DNA from: Fidelibacterota bacterium
GTDB lineage: Bacteria > Fidelibacterota > UBA2242 > B5-G15
DNA: 64,000 bases
Assembly: GCA_017656425.1 (NCBI GenBank)
Contig: JACDNV010000007.1
Span: forward strand, 67,821-131,820
Direction: 5' to 3'
Notes under the pieces: model-generated
Told to the model about the DNA's origin: nothing
The model's input: the letters and a program-made list of their open reading frames with translations, nothing else
The model's database searches: none
Shown here: piece by piece, positions 28,425 through 37,017 of the stretch
How the letters are laid out: each line of letters opens with the position of its first letter
Position numbering within the stretch: position 1 is the first letter of the stretch
Program-made: the position numbers and the translations under genes

Positions 28425-29889
28425 ACTTGAATTTAATTGGATCAGACATTTGTGAGATATTACCAAATCTGTCAATCGTAGCTATTGAGAAAAATTTTCG
28501 ATTATATGTGCTTTTGTAATTTGTTAAAAATGAGTCTGTTTTTCCTGAAACTATGGCAAAGATAAGTTCAGGTTTTATTTTTTCTATTTTTTTCTTTTTA
28601 GAGTATATAATAATATAATTTTTAATCATATGGTTTTTGTTACTCTTTGTATGATTCCAGGTAAAAAGAATTGTATCCCCTTTTTGAATTATTTGAAAGT
28701 TTTCCGGTGGCTGTGAAAAAGTATCTTCGTTTGGAATTTTAGGTGTTAGCGCCGGATATTGGAAACAATTCTTTTTATATATCTGCCATAATCCCTTCAT
28801 ATAGGAAGAGGCAAAGATTGAAATACCATGTAGTCTATTTTTTCTAGCTATCTTGATTTGTTTTATCCCATCTATAGGGTTTATTCTATACAGTCCAATA
28901 CCTGCAATTATTGGAGTGGTTACAGGTACAATTTCTTTATATTCCATAATAGCTTCTTTAAATCTAGAAGTATTAAAATACATCATAGGAATGATGAAGT
29001 CTATTTTACCAATTCTTGCCCATCTAGCAGGATCCTGGTAAACACTATGATATGCATTCCAGTTTGTATTCTTATAATTTCCAATTACAGCAGCCGAAAC
29101 TTTTATCCATGGTTTTTTGCTTTTTATCAGATTATAGGCGCGAGAAATAAAAATTGTAATCTGTTCTCGTTGCCAGTCATCCCATTTAAGCCCCAGAGGA
29201 TTGTTCTGTTCCGATTGATACCTTTTTACGCTAATAGGATCATGTGAATACCCAGTTTTATCTGCTCCGTCTGGATACCTGATATAATCAAAATGAATTC
29301 CATCTACATCATAATTTGTTATAATGTCGTCAATAACTTTTAATATATGATCATGGACATACGGAATACCTGGGCTGAAAGAAATATACCCATTATTTTT
29401 TCTCATTGGCTTACCTGATCTATCGCAAACTAACCATTGAGGATGTTTCTGCAATGGATGAGGTGGATTGGTTTTCTGAATTTTTCCTCGTCCTCTCCAT
29501 GCAGGAAATACATTAATCCATGCATGCAACTCTAACCCAAGCTTTTTAGTTTCATCTATTGCGTATTGAAGGGGGTCCCACCCGGGTTCCTTCCCAAGTT
29601 TGCCTGTTAAAAGTTCACTCCATGGTTCATATTTTGACTTATAAAAAGCATCGGCATTACCTCTGACCTGAAAAAATATAGTGTTGAAATTCGAAATTTT
29701 AGCATTTTGGAATATGCTGGAGATAAATCTTTTTATACTGTCTGGATCATGTACTTTCCCTGAAGCTGTATATTCAAACCGGCTTACCCATATCCCTCTT
29801 AGTTCATACAGTGGGTTTTCCTCAGAGCAGGATTTAATAATAGAGGAAACTGAAAGAATAAAAATTATTGCAAATTTTAGTTTAGTCAT
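28411..29889 (-). CDS. glycoside-hydrolase-like family 10 (GHL10/YngK-type, UPF0748) lipoprotein
   Basis: Signal plus lipobox (SIIKSC), then LRGIWVSRFEY, TIFFQVRGNADAFY.S..EPWS, LELHAWINVF and DGIHFDYIRYP motifs characteristic of this TIM-barrel family. Confidence 0.75.
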   Translation of the reverse strand: MTKLKFAIIFILSVSSIIKSCSEENPLYELRGIWVSRFEYTASGKVHDPDSIKRFISSIFQNAKISNFNTIFFQVRGNADAFYKSKYEPWSELLTGKLGKEPGWDPLQYAIDETKKLGLELHAWINVFPAWRGRGKIQKTNPPHPLQKHPQWLVCDRSGKPMRKNNGYISFSPGIPYVHDHILKVIDDIITNYDVDGIHFDYIRYPDGADKTGYSHDPISVKRYQSEQNNPLGLKWDDWQREQITIFISRAYNLIKSKKPWIKVSAAVIGNYKNTNWNAYHSVYQDPARWARIGKIDFIIPMMYFNTSRFKEAIMEYKEIVPVTTPIIAGIGLYRINPIDGIKQIKIARKNRLHGISIFASSYMKGLWQIYKKNCFQYPALTPKIPNEDTFSQPPENFQIIQKGDTILFTWNHTKSNKNHMIKNYIIIYSKKKKIEKIKPELIFAIVSGKTDSFLTNYKSTYNRKFFSIATIDRFGNISQMSDPIKFKYENK

Positions 29890-30033
29890 TTTAAAACCCT
29901 ATAATATCATTAAAATATAATGTTTTTGGTCAACAATTTCGCATCTTTTATGGTAATTATTTAAATTCTGTTTGAAAAAATTTATGGAAATTTTTGTCGG
30001 AGATTGAAATCGAAGTTTTGAAAGGTAATAAAA

Positions 30034-30777
30034 ATGAATAGTAATTTAGTTTGCAATTCAGATTACGATCCAGTGTATATTTGTAAAAATTGTCAAAGTT
30101 TTTTATTCAGGTTTCAAGATCTGGAAGAGATAAAATCGAGCAAATTAGAATTTTATGATAGGGAAATTAATATTTTTTCAGATGGAGATTTGATACAATG
30201 TGATAAATGTGGTACAGAAGTAGGAGTAAAATCTGGTGGTATTGAGCTGTATGTTAACAAAATTACAGAAGTAGATAATAAAATATTCAGTGAATATTTT
30301 CAGGAGGCGATTTTCGCTGCTGGATGCTTCTGGGGTGTGGAATATCATTATAAAAGATTAAAAGGAGTGATTTATACTACCGTAGGATATACCGGGGGTG
30401 AAAAGTCATATCCCACCTATGAAGAAGTAAAAAAGGGGAATACAGGTCATAAGGAAGCTGTTCATATCTTGTTTGATCCAGAGATTATTACCTATGAAGA
30501 ACTTATAAAGGTCTTTTTTGAAATCCACGATTTTACCCAAATGGATGGGCAGGGAACCGATATAGGCAGTCAATATCTATCATATATTTTTTACATTGAT
30601 CAAATACAAAGGAAAACAGCGGAACTTTATATAAAAATTCTCAGGGAAATGGGATATAAAGTGGCTACAAGACTTGAAAAAGCGACAAGATTCTGGAAAG
30701 CAGAAGATTATCATCAGGATTATTATGACATAAGAAATGAAAAACCTTACTGCCATATAAGAAGGAAAATTTTTTAG
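30034..30777 (+). CDS. msrA: peptide-methionine (S)-S-oxide reductase MsrA with about 90-aa N-terminal 2x CxxC extension
   Basis: The MsrA core starts near residue 91 (AIFAAGCFWGVEYHY, GYTGG....PTYEEV..G.TGH.EAV). The N-terminal region has CKNC (17-20) and CDKC (56-59). Confidence 0.88.
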   Translation: MNSNLVCNSDYDPVYICKNCQSFLFRFQDLEEIKSSKLEFYDREINIFSDGDLIQCDKCGTEVGVKSGGIELYVNKITEVDNKIFSEYFQEAIFAAGCFWGVEYHYKRLKGVIYTTVGYTGGEKSYPTYEEVKKGNTGHKEAVHILFDPEIITYEELIKVFFEIHDFTQMDGQGTDIGSQYLSYIFYIDQIQRKTAELYIKILREMGYKVATRLEKATRFWKAEDYHQDYYDIRNEKPYCHIRRKIF

Positions 30778-30813
30778 ATAAATAGTCCCCGAAAGAACCA
30801 GAGGGAGTTGATT

Positions 30814-33800
30814 TTATCTTTCTGGATAAGGTGGCGGAGGTGGTATGGTTTTCTCTTTTGTCTTTAATTCTTCCATAATTACTTCAATAGCTTTATTCAA
30901 CTGTTGGTCTATTCCTTCGTATTCGAGGGCTGGATCATTGTCAACGTATATATCTGGTTCTACACCATAACCTTCGATAATCCATCTTTTACCCTCTATA
31001 TCATACCTTGAAAATTCTGGTTTGTAGAGGTAACCACCATCGAGTAGAGGCAAGCTCGATCTTATACCTACAACGCCTCCCCAGGTTCTTTTACCCACAA
31101 CTTTCCCAAGTTTATATTTTTTAAACCTGTATGTAAATATATCTCCATCTGATGCGGAGAATTCGTCGCAAAGACATACCATGGGTCCCCAAACAGTACC
31201 GTCGGGATTGACAGAGGGTTTTGTATTTCGTGCGATAGTAATCATTGCCACTTCCCTTCTTAGTCTTTCAATTATCATTGGAGATACATTACCACCTCCA
31301 TTCCCTCTTACATCAATAATCAATCCTTTTTTAGTTATTTGCGGATAATAGTATTTTACAAACTCATTAAGTCCTTCTGATCCCATGTCAGGGATATGTA
31401 TGTATCCCACTTTACCACCGGTTGCTTTATTGACTTTTTCTATATTATTTTGAACCCAATTGTAGTAGTATAATTTAGATTCGTCATGTATCGGTATTAC
31501 TATTGTCTCTCGTGCATTTGAAGTCGAAGGTATATCATTGAGTTTAATTTTTATCTGTTTGCCAGCTTTACCTACAAGCAATTTATAAATATTGTTTACA
31601 GTATCTGTTCGTATCCCATCGATTTGGATTATAAAGTCGCCTTCTTTTGCCTTGACACCTGGTTCCATAAGCGGAGATTTTAACTCCTTATTCCAGTTGG
31701 CTCCTTTGAGTATTTTTACTATCCTGAAATATCCACTTTTTTTATCCTTTACTATTTTTGCTCCAAGGAGTCCCGTTTTGATTCTTTCTGGTTTTGGATA
31801 ATCGCCTCCACCAACATAAGTATGGCCTACGTTTAATTCGCCTATCATCTCTCCAATGATGTATGTGAGTTCGGCTCTATGAATGACATAGTCAACAAGG
31901 GGTAAGTATCTTTTTCTTATTGAATTCCAATCTACACCGTGCATATTTGGGGCGTAGAAAAATTCTCTCATCTGGCGCCAACATTCATTGTATATCTGTA
32001 ACCATTCTTTTCTCCGCTCGAGTTTTACTGTCATATCGTTAAGATTTAATGGTTTATCTATGGATATAGAGGATTTAGGTAAGTCGATAATAGCATAAGT
32101 ATTATTTTTTCTTATTAGCATTTTTTTATTGTCAAAAGAAATTATGTAATTATTTATTTCACCAAGCTCCTTTTCTTCTTTTTTCTCAAGGTCAAACATA
32201 AATAGTTTGTTTTTATCGTCAGTTGTTCCTTTGCGGATATAGTAGATTTTATTGTTGGCAAAAGATAGATTTCTATAGCGTGATGCTTTTATGGGAAGGG
32301 AAACAATTCGGTCCTTTATCCCATCTGTATCTATTGTTACAGATATTTCGTCTTTTTTTCTTTTTTCTTTCTTTTCCTTTTTCTTACCGCTTTCATCAAT
32401 AGTAACTTCATCATTTTCAGGCTTGAATGGATTTTCAGTATCATTGGCTAAAAGCACGAGGTATATTTTGGCCATATCGAAATAAGCATGATTCCATTCT
32501 GTCCAACTATATACGGGATGGAAATCTCTATCAGAAATAAAAGCTATGTATTTTCCATCATCACTGAAAACCGGGGAATAAGAATTATACCAGTTGTCAG
32601 TCAATTCATATTTTTTACCATTTTCAATGGAGAATAGATATATTTTATTCATATCATTTTCTTCTAATTTTGAATAAACAATCCATTTACTATCCGGTGA
32701 CCATGAGTAATCCCTTATTTCCCAATATTCCGATTGATCCACATCGATAATTTTTCCTGTTGTTATATTTACATATCTGAGTCTTTGCATTCTATCACTC
32801 CAGAGGAGTTTTTTTGAATCAGGTGACCATAGAATTTTATATCTGTATGTTTCTGCTTTTTTTGTAATCTGTTTTGGTGGTAAGCTGCCGTCTTGAGCTA
32901 TTATATATATTTCATCTTCACCAGTTCTATCTGAAATAAATGCTATCCATTTCCCATCTGGGGACCAAACAGGGTTTCTATCGTGAACTCCAGGTGTTCT
33001 TGTAACATTTCTTATAATCCCCTCATTTGCCGGTAGGGTAAATATATCACCCCTTGCACACAGCACAGCCCTTTTCCCATCAGGCGAAATATCACCACCT
33101 GTAATATAGTCTTTTACGTTAATTATTTTATCACGACCGATAAACATATCGTCTTTTACCACTATGTTTATTTTTTTATAAGTATTATTGTTTATGTCAT
33201 ATTTATATATATATCCACCATATTCAAAGACTATTGCTTTTTTACCTATCGATGGAAATTTGATATCGTAATCTTTAAAAAAGGTTAGTTGTTTTGTCTC
33301 TTTAGTATTTAAATCATATACATAAAGATTCATCCTTTTATTTTCATCCCTATCGGATAAAAAGAATATTTTAGATTCATACCACATAGGGATGATGTCC
33401 TGTGCTTCGTTATTTGTTATATTGATTGTTTTTTTGGTTTCAAAATCATAAACCCATATATCATCAGCCATACCTCCACGATATCTTTTCCATGTTCTGA
33501 ATTCTCTGAATACCCTATTATAGGCTAGTTTTTTGTCATCAGGCGAAAAAGAACAGAACCCTCCACGTGGTAGAGGTAATTCCTCTGGCATGTCACCGTT
33601 AATATTCACAAGATATAGTTTTCCGAGAAATGGATTCCATGAATGCATCCTTGATCTAAATACAATTTTATTATCTGTGTTTGTCCATCCCATCACGATA
33701 TTATTTGGTCCCATTCTATCGGAGACATCATCTCTGGAAAGGGTAGCAGTATAGGTGAGTCTTATAGGATAACCCCCTTCGGAGGGCATTAAATAAACTT

Positions 33801-34065
33801 CGGTATTGCCATCGTATTGTGCTGTAAATGCTACCCATTTGCCATCCGGCGAAAATCTTGGGAACATTTCGTATCCTTCATGGGAGGTTAATTTTCTAGC
33901 GATGCCGCCCTCGGATGATACAAGATACAAATCACCCCCATAAGAAAATACTACCTTGTCCTCGTGAATTGCGGGAAATCTAAATAATCTGTCAATATTT
34001 TGAGGAAAGAGAATATCAAAAAGTAGTATTAGGTATATAACTATCAAAACAATTTTGGATTTCAT
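30814..34065 (-). CDS. tricorn protease homolog (PD40 propellers + PDZ + S41 peptidase domain)
   Basis: 1083 aa with a signal peptide. FRFPAIHEDKVVFSYGGDLYLVSSEGG at the start, many SPDGKW blades, and a C-terminal IIDVRGNGGGNVS ... DEFSASDGDIF S41-type core. Confidence 0.85.
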   Translation of the reverse strand: MKSKIVLIVIYLILLFDILFPQNIDRLFRFPAIHEDKVVFSYGGDLYLVSSEGGIARKLTSHEGYEMFPRFSPDGKWVAFTAQYDGNTEVYLMPSEGGYPIRLTYTATLSRDDVSDRMGPNNIVMGWTNTDNKIVFRSRMHSWNPFLGKLYLVNINGDMPEELPLPRGGFCSFSPDDKKLAYNRVFREFRTWKRYRGGMADDIWVYDFETKKTINITNNEAQDIIPMWYESKIFFLSDRDENKRMNLYVYDLNTKETKQLTFFKDYDIKFPSIGKKAIVFEYGGYIYKYDINNNTYKKINIVVKDDMFIGRDKIINVKDYITGGDISPDGKRAVLCARGDIFTLPANEGIIRNVTRTPGVHDRNPVWSPDGKWIAFISDRTGEDEIYIIAQDGSLPPKQITKKAETYRYKILWSPDSKKLLWSDRMQRLRYVNITTGKIIDVDQSEYWEIRDYSWSPDSKWIVYSKLEENDMNKIYLFSIENGKKYELTDNWYNSYSPVFSDDGKYIAFISDRDFHPVYSWTEWNHAYFDMAKIYLVLLANDTENPFKPENDEVTIDESGKKKEKKEKRKKDEISVTIDTDGIKDRIVSLPIKASRYRNLSFANNKIYYIRKGTTDDKNKLFMFDLEKKEEKELGEINNYIISFDNKKMLIRKNNTYAIIDLPKSSISIDKPLNLNDMTVKLERRKEWLQIYNECWRQMREFFYAPNMHGVDWNSIRKRYLPLVDYVIHRAELTYIIGEMIGELNVGHTYVGGGDYPKPERIKTGLLGAKIVKDKKSGYFRIVKILKGANWNKELKSPLMEPGVKAKEGDFIIQIDGIRTDTVNNIYKLLVGKAGKQIKIKLNDIPSTSNARETIVIPIHDESKLYYYNWVQNNIEKVNKATGGKVGYIHIPDMGSEGLNEFVKYYYPQITKKGLIIDVRGNGGGNVSPMIIERLRREVAMITIARNTKPSVNPDGTVWGPMVCLCDEFSASDGDIFTYRFKKYKLGKVVGKRTWGGVVGIRSSLPLLDGGYLYKPEFSRYDIEGKRWIIEGYGVEPDIYVDNDPALEYEGIDQQLNKAIEVIMEELKTKEKTIPPPPPYPER

Positions 34066-34247
34066 TTTTTAACCCCTGATTAATTTTGTCGATTTGCTTT
34101 TTCTGTTTTAACATAAACAGCAGAAAATTGAACATAAAAAATTTTATTGTAAAGTAAATTTTCTTAAAAATTTTTATCATTATTCGGTGCATAAAAAACT
34201 TGATTTTGTGGTAATTTTTGGGATAAAATTCTTAGCTTTTTAAAAAT

Positions 34248-34320
34248 GCCCTCGTAGTTCAACAGGATAGAACGGAGGATTCCTAATCCTCTGATCTGGG
34301 TTCGAGTCCCGGCGAGGGTA
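34248..34320 (+). tRNA. tRNA-Arg (anticodon CCU)
   Basis: Hand-folded cloverleaf: acceptor GCCCTCG/CGAGGGT (G1-U72 wobble), D arm GTTC-AACAGGATA-GAAC, anticodon arm GAGGA-TTCCTAA-TCCTC, T arm CTGGG-TTCGAGT-CCCGG. No encoded CCA. Confidence 0.9.
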
Positions 34321-34351
34321 CGAGATTGTTAATTTTCTATGTGGAGACTCT

Positions 34352-35032
34352 ATGTTAAGACCAAAAAAGAAGCTAACAAAGAAAGAGATTAAGAAGGACC
34401 CTGTGCTTGAAGTTATCGCAAAGGCTGAGGTGTTTCTCAGATCTAAGGGTAAATGTGTTACATATGCTTTGGTTGGAATTTTCATTGTGATTATGGTTAT
34501 ATTCCTTGTGATAAGATCAAAGCATCAGGCAAATTACGAAGCAAAGGGTGAGCTAGGGCTTGCAGAGTTATCAATAGTACGTGAGGATTACGATGATGCT
34601 ATTGTGAAATTAAATAAGTTAATTGACAATTACGATGGTACTAAAGCTGGTGGGATTGCTACTTTATTGCTTGCTCAATGTTATTTTTATAAATCTGATT
34701 TTGATAATGCGTATTTATTTTACAAAAAATTTATAGATAAATATAAATTTGATAAATTTTTAACTGCCTGTGCGTACAATGGAATGGGAATTGTCGAGGA
34801 GAGCAGAGGAAACTATGAATTAGCAGCCAGTTATTATAAGAAGGCAACTGATATATCACCTTATGAATTTCAGAGACACGAATATTTACTAAACTATGCA
34901 GATATTCTGATTAAATTGAAACAATATGATGAAGCTGAAAAAATATTATCGAAATTACTTGAAGAAAATCTTGAAAAGAATAACAAAGATAGGGCAGAAG
35001 TCTTACTTGGTAAAATCAAATCTGCCGTCTAA
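34352..35032 (+). CDS. membrane-anchored tetratricopeptide-repeat protein (YfgM-like layout)
   Basis: Basic N-terminus, a single TM helix (YALVGIFIVIMVIFLVI), then TPR-like helical repeats (AQCYFYKSDFDNAYLFYKKF, GMGIVEESRGNYELAASYYKKA). Confidence 0.6.
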   Translation: MLRPKKKLTKKEIKKDPVLEVIAKAEVFLRSKGKCVTYALVGIFIVIMVIFLVIRSKHQANYEAKGELGLAELSIVREDYDDAIVKLNKLIDNYDGTKAGGIATLLLAQCYFYKSDFDNAYLFYKKFIDKYKFDKFLTACAYNGMGIVEESRGNYELAASYYKKATDISPYEFQRHEYLLNYADILIKLKQYDEAEKILSKLLEENLEKNNKDRAEVLLGKIKSAV

Positions 35033-35082
35033 CTTTAAATTGAGATTGATTATTAAACATAATATAAATAAATTACGGACCG

Positions 35083-35106
35083 AAGTGGGTAAATCCCACT
35101 TTTTTA
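35083..35106 (+). terminator. Rho-independent terminator
   Basis: aagtggg-taaat-cccactt (7-bp stem) followed by TTTTT, downstream of the TPR gene stop and upstream of rimP. Confidence 0.7.
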
Positions 35107-35128
35107 GTTTGAGCAAGGTGGATTTTAG

Positions 35129-35584
35129 ATGATATATGATGAATTGGAAGTAAAGAGAATTGTAAATAATGTGGTCGAGAAAAATAATTGTTATTTACTC
35201 GATGTTATTATAAATCAGAGAGGTAGTAAATTATTTATTAAGGTAGTAGCAGACAATATGAAAGGTATTGATTTAAATACATTAACTTCAATAACGAATG
35301 AATTGAGAGATAGTCATGAATTTAATGAAGTAGTTCATCTGGATTATGAACTTGAGGTTACCTCACCGGGTGTGGATTGGCCATTAAGAGAGTATCGTGA
35401 TTTTTACAAGCATATTGGCAGGGAAATTGAAATTTTTCATAATTTGCCTGATTGTAAATCTCCAGAATTGGGTAAGTTAGTTGATGTGGATATCGATGGT
35501 ATTATTGTTGAGACAAAGGGTGGTGAAAACAAAAAATATTTATATAGTGAAATAGATCATGGTAGAGTTAAATTAAGGTGGTAA
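35129..35584 (+). CDS. rimP: ribosome maturation factor RimP
   Basis: Its position immediately upstream of nusA is conserved synteny. It has an LEVTSPGVDWPL motif and is about 150 aa. Confidence 0.85.
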   Translation: MIYDELEVKRIVNNVVEKNNCYLLDVIINQRGSKLFIKVVADNMKGIDLNTLTSITNELRDSHEFNEVVHLDYELEVTSPGVDWPLREYRDFYKHIGREIEIFHNLPDCKSPELGKLVDVDIDGIIVETKGGENKKYLYSEIDHGRVKLRW

Positions 35585-35599
35585 AAAAGGGGGATAAAA

Positions 35600-36994
35600 T
35601 TGATAGATAAAGAAGTTATTGAACAGTTAATTAGGGAAAAAAATATAGATAAGAATTTACTATCTGAGATAATCCAGAAGATTTTTATAAATTTGATAGA
35701 ACGGAAATATGGTGATGCTTCAAACTTTGATGTTATTGTTAACATGGATAAAGGCGAGATTGAAATATATCATCAAAAATCTATTGTGGATAAGGTTACT
35801 GATGAGGTAAATGAGATTGATATAAAGGAGGCCAAAAAAGTTGAGCCGGATCTGGATATAGGAGATACATATATTGAAATAGTTAATCCAGAAAGCTTTG
35901 GCAGGAGGCTTATAAATTTAGCAAAGCAGAGATTAATACAGGAAATAGTCAAAGTAGAAAAACATACTATTTTTGAAGAGTATAAGAAAAAGATAGGTCA
36001 AATCGTTTCCGGTGATATAAGGCAGATAAAGAGAGATGCGGTATATATCTATATTGGGAAAGCGGAGCTAAAGCTACCACGAGAGGAGCAAATACCTGGT
36101 GAGAGGTATAGACGAGGTCGTGAGATAAGGGTTTTAATTAAAGACGCAGTAATGGGGAAAGCAGGACCAGAAATAATAGCGTCAAGATCCGATCCACAGT
36201 TTTTAATAAAATTGTTTGAAAATGAAGTTCCTGAAATAGCCGATGGGACAGTGGAGATTGTTGCTGTAGCAAGGCATCCAGGTGATAGAAGTAAAGTTGT
36301 AGTAAAGTCAAATAATAAAAGAGTTGATGCTGTCGGAGCCTGCGTAGGTATAAAGGGTAGTCGAATTCAGGCTATAGTGCGAGAATTAAACAACGAAAAA
36401 ATTGATATAATAAATTATAGTACCGAGCCGGAGGTTCTGATAACAAGAGCTTTATCCCCTGCGAGACCTTATGTATTGGAGATTGATGAGGAAAAGAAAA
36501 CAGCCCTGGCAGTTTTTGAGGACGAAGAGATACCTGTTGCAATCGGTAAGAATGGTCAGAATATAAAACTGGCATCGGAAGTTACTGGATATAATATTGA
36601 TGCGATTAAAAGGAGTGAATATGAGCTAACAACAAGTGAGATAATATATCTTGAAGATATTGAAAATCTGAGTGAACATGCATGGAAGCTTCTTTATAGT
36701 GTGGGTATTGAAACTGCGGATGAGTTTTTAGATACACCACGGGAAGAATTATTGAAAATAAATGGTATAGGCGAAAAAACGCTTGAAAAAATAACTGCTA
36801 TTATTCAGGAAGCAGTTGAGAAAAGAAAGAAAGAATTAGAGGAAGCAAGAAAGAAAGCTGAAGAGGGTGTTGTTTCATCAGAAGAAGCCACCGCCATGGA
36901 GGAAGAGGCAGAAAAAGAAAAAGAATTCGAATTCAGTGAAGAAGAGATTAAGAAATATCTTGATGACTATCAGAAAGATAGTGATAATAAGTGA
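35600..36994 (+). CDS. nusA: transcription termination/antitermination factor NusA
   Basis: TTG start. S1-like and two KH domains (GACVGIKGSRIQAIVRELNNEKIDII, AIGKNGQNIKLASEVTGYNIDA), a C-terminal HhH region and an acidic tail. Confidence 0.95.
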   Translation: MIDKEVIEQLIREKNIDKNLLSEIIQKIFINLIERKYGDASNFDVIVNMDKGEIEIYHQKSIVDKVTDEVNEIDIKEAKKVEPDLDIGDTYIEIVNPESFGRRLINLAKQRLIQEIVKVEKHTIFEEYKKKIGQIVSGDIRQIKRDAVYIYIGKAELKLPREEQIPGERYRRGREIRVLIKDAVMGKAGPEIIASRSDPQFLIKLFENEVPEIADGTVEIVAVARHPGDRSKVVVKSNNKRVDAVGACVGIKGSRIQAIVRELNNEKIDIINYSTEPEVLITRALSPARPYVLEIDEEKKTALAVFEDEEIPVAIGKNGQNIKLASEVTGYNIDAIKRSEYELTTSEIIYLEDIENLSEHAWKLLYSVGIETADEFLDTPREELLKINGIGEKTLEKITAIIQEAVEKRKKELEEARKKAEEGVVSSEEATAMEEEAEKEKEFEFSEEEIKKYLDDYQKDSDNK

Positions 36995-37017
36995 TTAAAT
37001 AAGGAAAGTTAAGGATA

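Noticed and set aside
30778-30813. Possible bidirectional terminator between convergent msrA and the tricorn gene
   Set aside because: Only a 4-bp complementary stretch (tccc...ggga) is present, which is too weak to call.
34066-34247. The 182-nt AT-rich spacer upstream of tRNA-Arg, and the 162-nt spacer at 63629-63790 upstream of asd, as possible ncRNA or riboswitch
   Set aside because: I could find no conserved-looking helices or known riboswitch cores by eye. The composition is almost pure A/T, consistent with promoter or spacer DNA. Only weak -35/-10-like hexamers are present.
34240-34485. ORF 34240-34485 (minus strand), and ORF 51584-51859 (plus strand)
   Set aside because: They are read straight through tRNA-Arg and through tRNA-Cys/tRNA-Leu respectively. 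They are artefacts of ORF calling.
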